From assembly GCA_035297365.1 (NCBI GenBank), contig DATGZA010000096.1, positions 1-10,573 of the forward strand: 10,573 bases of DNA. Direction: 5' to 3'. The notes under the pieces are model-generated. The model searched no databases. It was not told the DNA's origin and saw nothing but the letters and a program-made list of their open reading frames with translations. This document shows positions 8,411 to 10,573 of the stretch, piece after piece (the stretch's first letter is position 1; the number at the start of each line of letters is the position of its first letter). Source of the DNA: Nitrososphaeraceae archaeon (GTDB taxonomy: Archaea > Thermoproteota > Nitrososphaeria > Nitrososphaerales > Nitrososphaeraceae). The translations under genes and the position numbers were made by a program.

Positions 8411-8776
8411 TTAACCAAGAAGACTTAGTTTTGCACATATAGCAAAACCTGTATGCGCGCAATCATCTGTGTGGCATAAAGTACAGAATGGGATACCATC
8501 AGTAAAAACAACATCAATATCTAAATTGTTGAGGTTATCATGAAGTAATATTTTGTTTTTTTCTCCTCCAATTGTGGTCAGAGTTAAGTGTATATTTCTT
8601 CTGTTATCTTCACCATAATTTCCGTCTCTAATTGATAGCCAGTGAGTAAAACATTCTATACCCTCCTCCACGTTGTTATTTTTAATTTCTGATATTGCAA
8701 ATTCATCATTGAGACTATTGTTCGTTTCAGGTAATACTGACATTAATTTATTGTTCCTCTGTGCCTCTTCCTTCAA
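8411..8776 (-). CDS. Hypothetical protein with a C-terminal CxxC-x4-CxH zinc-finger-like motif
   Basis: 121 aa, start uncertain (TTG). ILLHDN...DVVF..GIPFCTLCHTDDCAHTGFA. Confidence 0.65.
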   Translation of the reverse strand: MKEEAQRNNKLMSVLPETNNSLNDEFAISEIKNNNVEEGIECFTHWLSIRDGNYGEDNRRNIHLTLTTIGGEKNKILLHDNLNNLDIDVVFTDGIPFCTLCHTDDCAHTGFAICAKLSLLG

Positions 8777-9032
8777 TTAGAAAGAATTGATATCTATCCG
8801 ACAAATTTTATTGTGTTATACGTATAGTAAATGCCATATTTGAAGATATCTTTTGTAACAGTAATAACTATTGAATAGAACAAAAATTGTACAAACTCAT
8901 TGGTAATGGTAAAATAGTAATGTATTTGAATATTAGAGGATATTCCTCCGTTCTAGGAGCAACCACGAATATGAATGTAGAAGCATAGACTATGAATATA
9001 TCAGTCTTCAAATTCGCAAGATTTGAGAGAGA

Positions 9033-9088
9033 TGGGACTCGACCCTTATCCATCAAATGTGGGTTCCAATATGCGATATTAAAATATT
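9033..9088 (-). repeat. tRNA-derived att-like repeat, copy 4 (eroded core, right arm retained)
   Basis: tgggactcga-cccttatccatcaaatgtgggttccaatatgcgatattaaaatatt aligns with 7844-7900. The acceptor-strand part and left arm are absent. Confidence 0.8.
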
Positions 9089-9383
9089 ATCATGATATTA
9101 TCAATTTCATTCCTCAAATAGATTTGAAATACCCAACATAGATTCTTTCTATTCCAAATTCTGCGCTCTAATATTATTTGTTTTTCTATTCTAGAATAAT
9201 AAATTAATCTATTTGATATCTTAATTATATAATATTGTCCAAATTGATGATAATATACCAGTATTACTTAAATTATTACTACCTATTTTAACTTAAGAAA
9301 GTTTACTATAATAAATTGTATTAAATTGACTTCTAAATTTCTTTCAAAATGTCAATATACAGATATTTTCTAATACTCTATAA

Positions 9384-10573
9384 ATGGATAACTATAGGAA
9401 TAGTAAATATCATAAAATCCAAATATTATTCTTGACAACAATTTTATCTCTTAGTACAATTACAAATATAGTTTCAGTATCATCGTCTCCATCTTTTCCT
9501 ACATCTACATTTTTGAATGATGCCTTTGCATTTCAAGACAACGACAATAAAAATAAAGGTTATAATTATAATGATTATTATTCTACCAGTACTATTCCAA
9601 CTGCAGGAAATAGTAAACATCAACAAGTTATTGACTGTAGCAATGATAACGTGAATGTAAATGGAGTAGAATCTAACATAGATACTTTCTTTGAGGATGC
9701 CAACAATAATAATTTACATAACCAGATGCAGGATTTTACCCAAGATGAAAATACATATAATGATAACAACAATAATCGTAATGATAATTCTATCTTTGAG
9801 AACAAAAATCTTCTAAATATTTGCGCAAATTTGAATTTGAACAATCAACGCATTACCGTAGAACAACAACCAGAAGATGATAATGTATATGTTATCTGGA
9901 GAGATAACAGTAACGGCGGCGACATAGATGTCTTCTTTAGAGTTAGTAACAACAACGGACAGACATTCAATCCTGTTATTGATCTAAGTAATAATGATGG
10001 AGTCTCCGGCGGTGATCTGCAGATGCTTGTCTCCGGAAACAATGTATATGTTGTTTGGACAGATGAAAGCAATGGTGGAGATACCGATGTCTTTTTTAGG
10101 ACAAGTAACAACAACGGACAGACATTCAACCCTTTTATTGATTTGAGTGATAATGATGGAGACTCACACGATGATCTGCAGATGCTTGTCTCCGGTAACA
10201 ATGTATATGTTATCTGGTATGACCGGACTAACGGCGGCGACAGAGATGTCTTCTTCAGAGCAAGTAACAACAACGGACAGACATTCAACCCTTTTATTGA
10301 TTTGAGTGACAATAATGGAGACTTGGAAATCTTTCCTCAGATGCTTGTCTCCGGTAACAATGTCTACGTTGTGTGGGAAGATAATAGTAACGGCGGCGAC
10401 TTTGATATCTTCTTTAGAGTTAGTAACAACAACGGACAGACATTCAACCCTTTTATTGATTTAAGCAGCAATAATGGAGAGTCCCTTATACCTCAGATGC
10501 TTGTCTCCGGTAACAATGTATATGTTATCTGGGATGACCGGACTAACGGCGGCGACAGAGATGTCTTCTTCAG
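9384..10573 (+). CDS. Secreted Asp-box/BNR-repeat beta-propeller (sialidase-like fold) protein, partial
   Basis: Absent from the ORF track because it has no stop in the window. ATG at 9384: MDNYRNSKYHKIQILFLTTILSLSTITNIV...DAFA (signal peptide-like), then an Asn/Asp-rich region, then repeats of NVYV(I/V)WxDxxNGGDxD(V/I)FFRxSNNNGQTFNPxIDLSxNxGxxxxxQMLVSGN. Confidence 0.9.
   Translation, partial: MDNYRNSKYHKIQILFLTTILSLSTITNIVSVSSSPSFPTSTFLNDAFAFQDNDNKNKGYNYNDYYSTSTIPTAGNSKHQQVIDCSNDNVNVNGVESNIDTFFEDANNNNLHNQMQDFTQDENTYNDNNNNRNDNSIFENKNLLNICANLNLNNQRITVEQQPEDDNVYVIWRDNSNGGDIDVFFRVSNNNGQTFNPVIDLSNNDGVSGGDLQMLVSGNNVYVVWTDESNGGDTDVFFRTSNNNGQTFNPFIDLSDNDGDSHDDLQMLVSGNNVYVIWYDRTNGGDRDVFFRASNNNGQTFNPFIDLSDNNGDLEIFPQMLVSGNNVYVVWEDNSNGGDFDIFFRVSNNNGQTFNPFIDLSSNNGESLIPQMLVSGNNVYVIWDDRTNGGDRDVFF
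9882..10573 (+). repeat. Intragenic 159-bp (53-aa) tandem repeats, 4 full plus 1 partial
   Basis: Units start at 9882, 10041, 10200, 10359 and 10515 (periods 159, 159, 159, 156). Confidence 0.95.

Noticed and set aside
8868-9056. 62-aa ORF starting inside copy 4, or an SSV-type split integrase fragment
   Set aside because: No tyrosine recombinase motifs, and no comparable ORF is evident across the other copies.
793-9088. CRISPR array or classical integron attC sites
   Set aside because: Spacing is kilobases and irregular. There is no RYYYAAC...GTTRRRY structure and no cas or intI gene.
9620-10312. Minus-strand ORFs of 74 and 155 aa
   Set aside because: Antisense to the repeat protein that starts at 9384.
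9882-10573. Diversity-generating retroelement TR/VR pair
   Set aside because: The repeats are in-frame coding units, differences are not limited to adenines, and there is no reverse transcriptase in the window.

Overview
AT-rich accessory region. Gene content suggests a Nitrososphaeraceae-type archaeon (inference from MEDS proteins, a 'DAFTDP'-type receiver and an Asp-box repeat surface protein). The main unexplained structure is four co-oriented copies (793, 2736, 7819, 9033) of a composite repeat. Its core is the 3' end of a tRNA on the minus strand (T-loop, T-stem, acceptor strand, G discriminator), flanked by conserved non-tRNA arms. The copies delimit three segments of about 1.9, 5.1 and 1.2 kb with no recognisable integrase, resembling a tandem att-site or gene-cassette array. 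Cargo includes a PLAT-like protein, a MEDS/pseudo-receiver/receiver signalling module, a nonsense-interrupted tag glycosylase, a SnoaL/NTF2 protein, a Cys/His zinc-finger-like protein and several gene remnants. A secreted Asp-box repeat protein missing from the ORF track starts at 9384 and runs off the end of the window.
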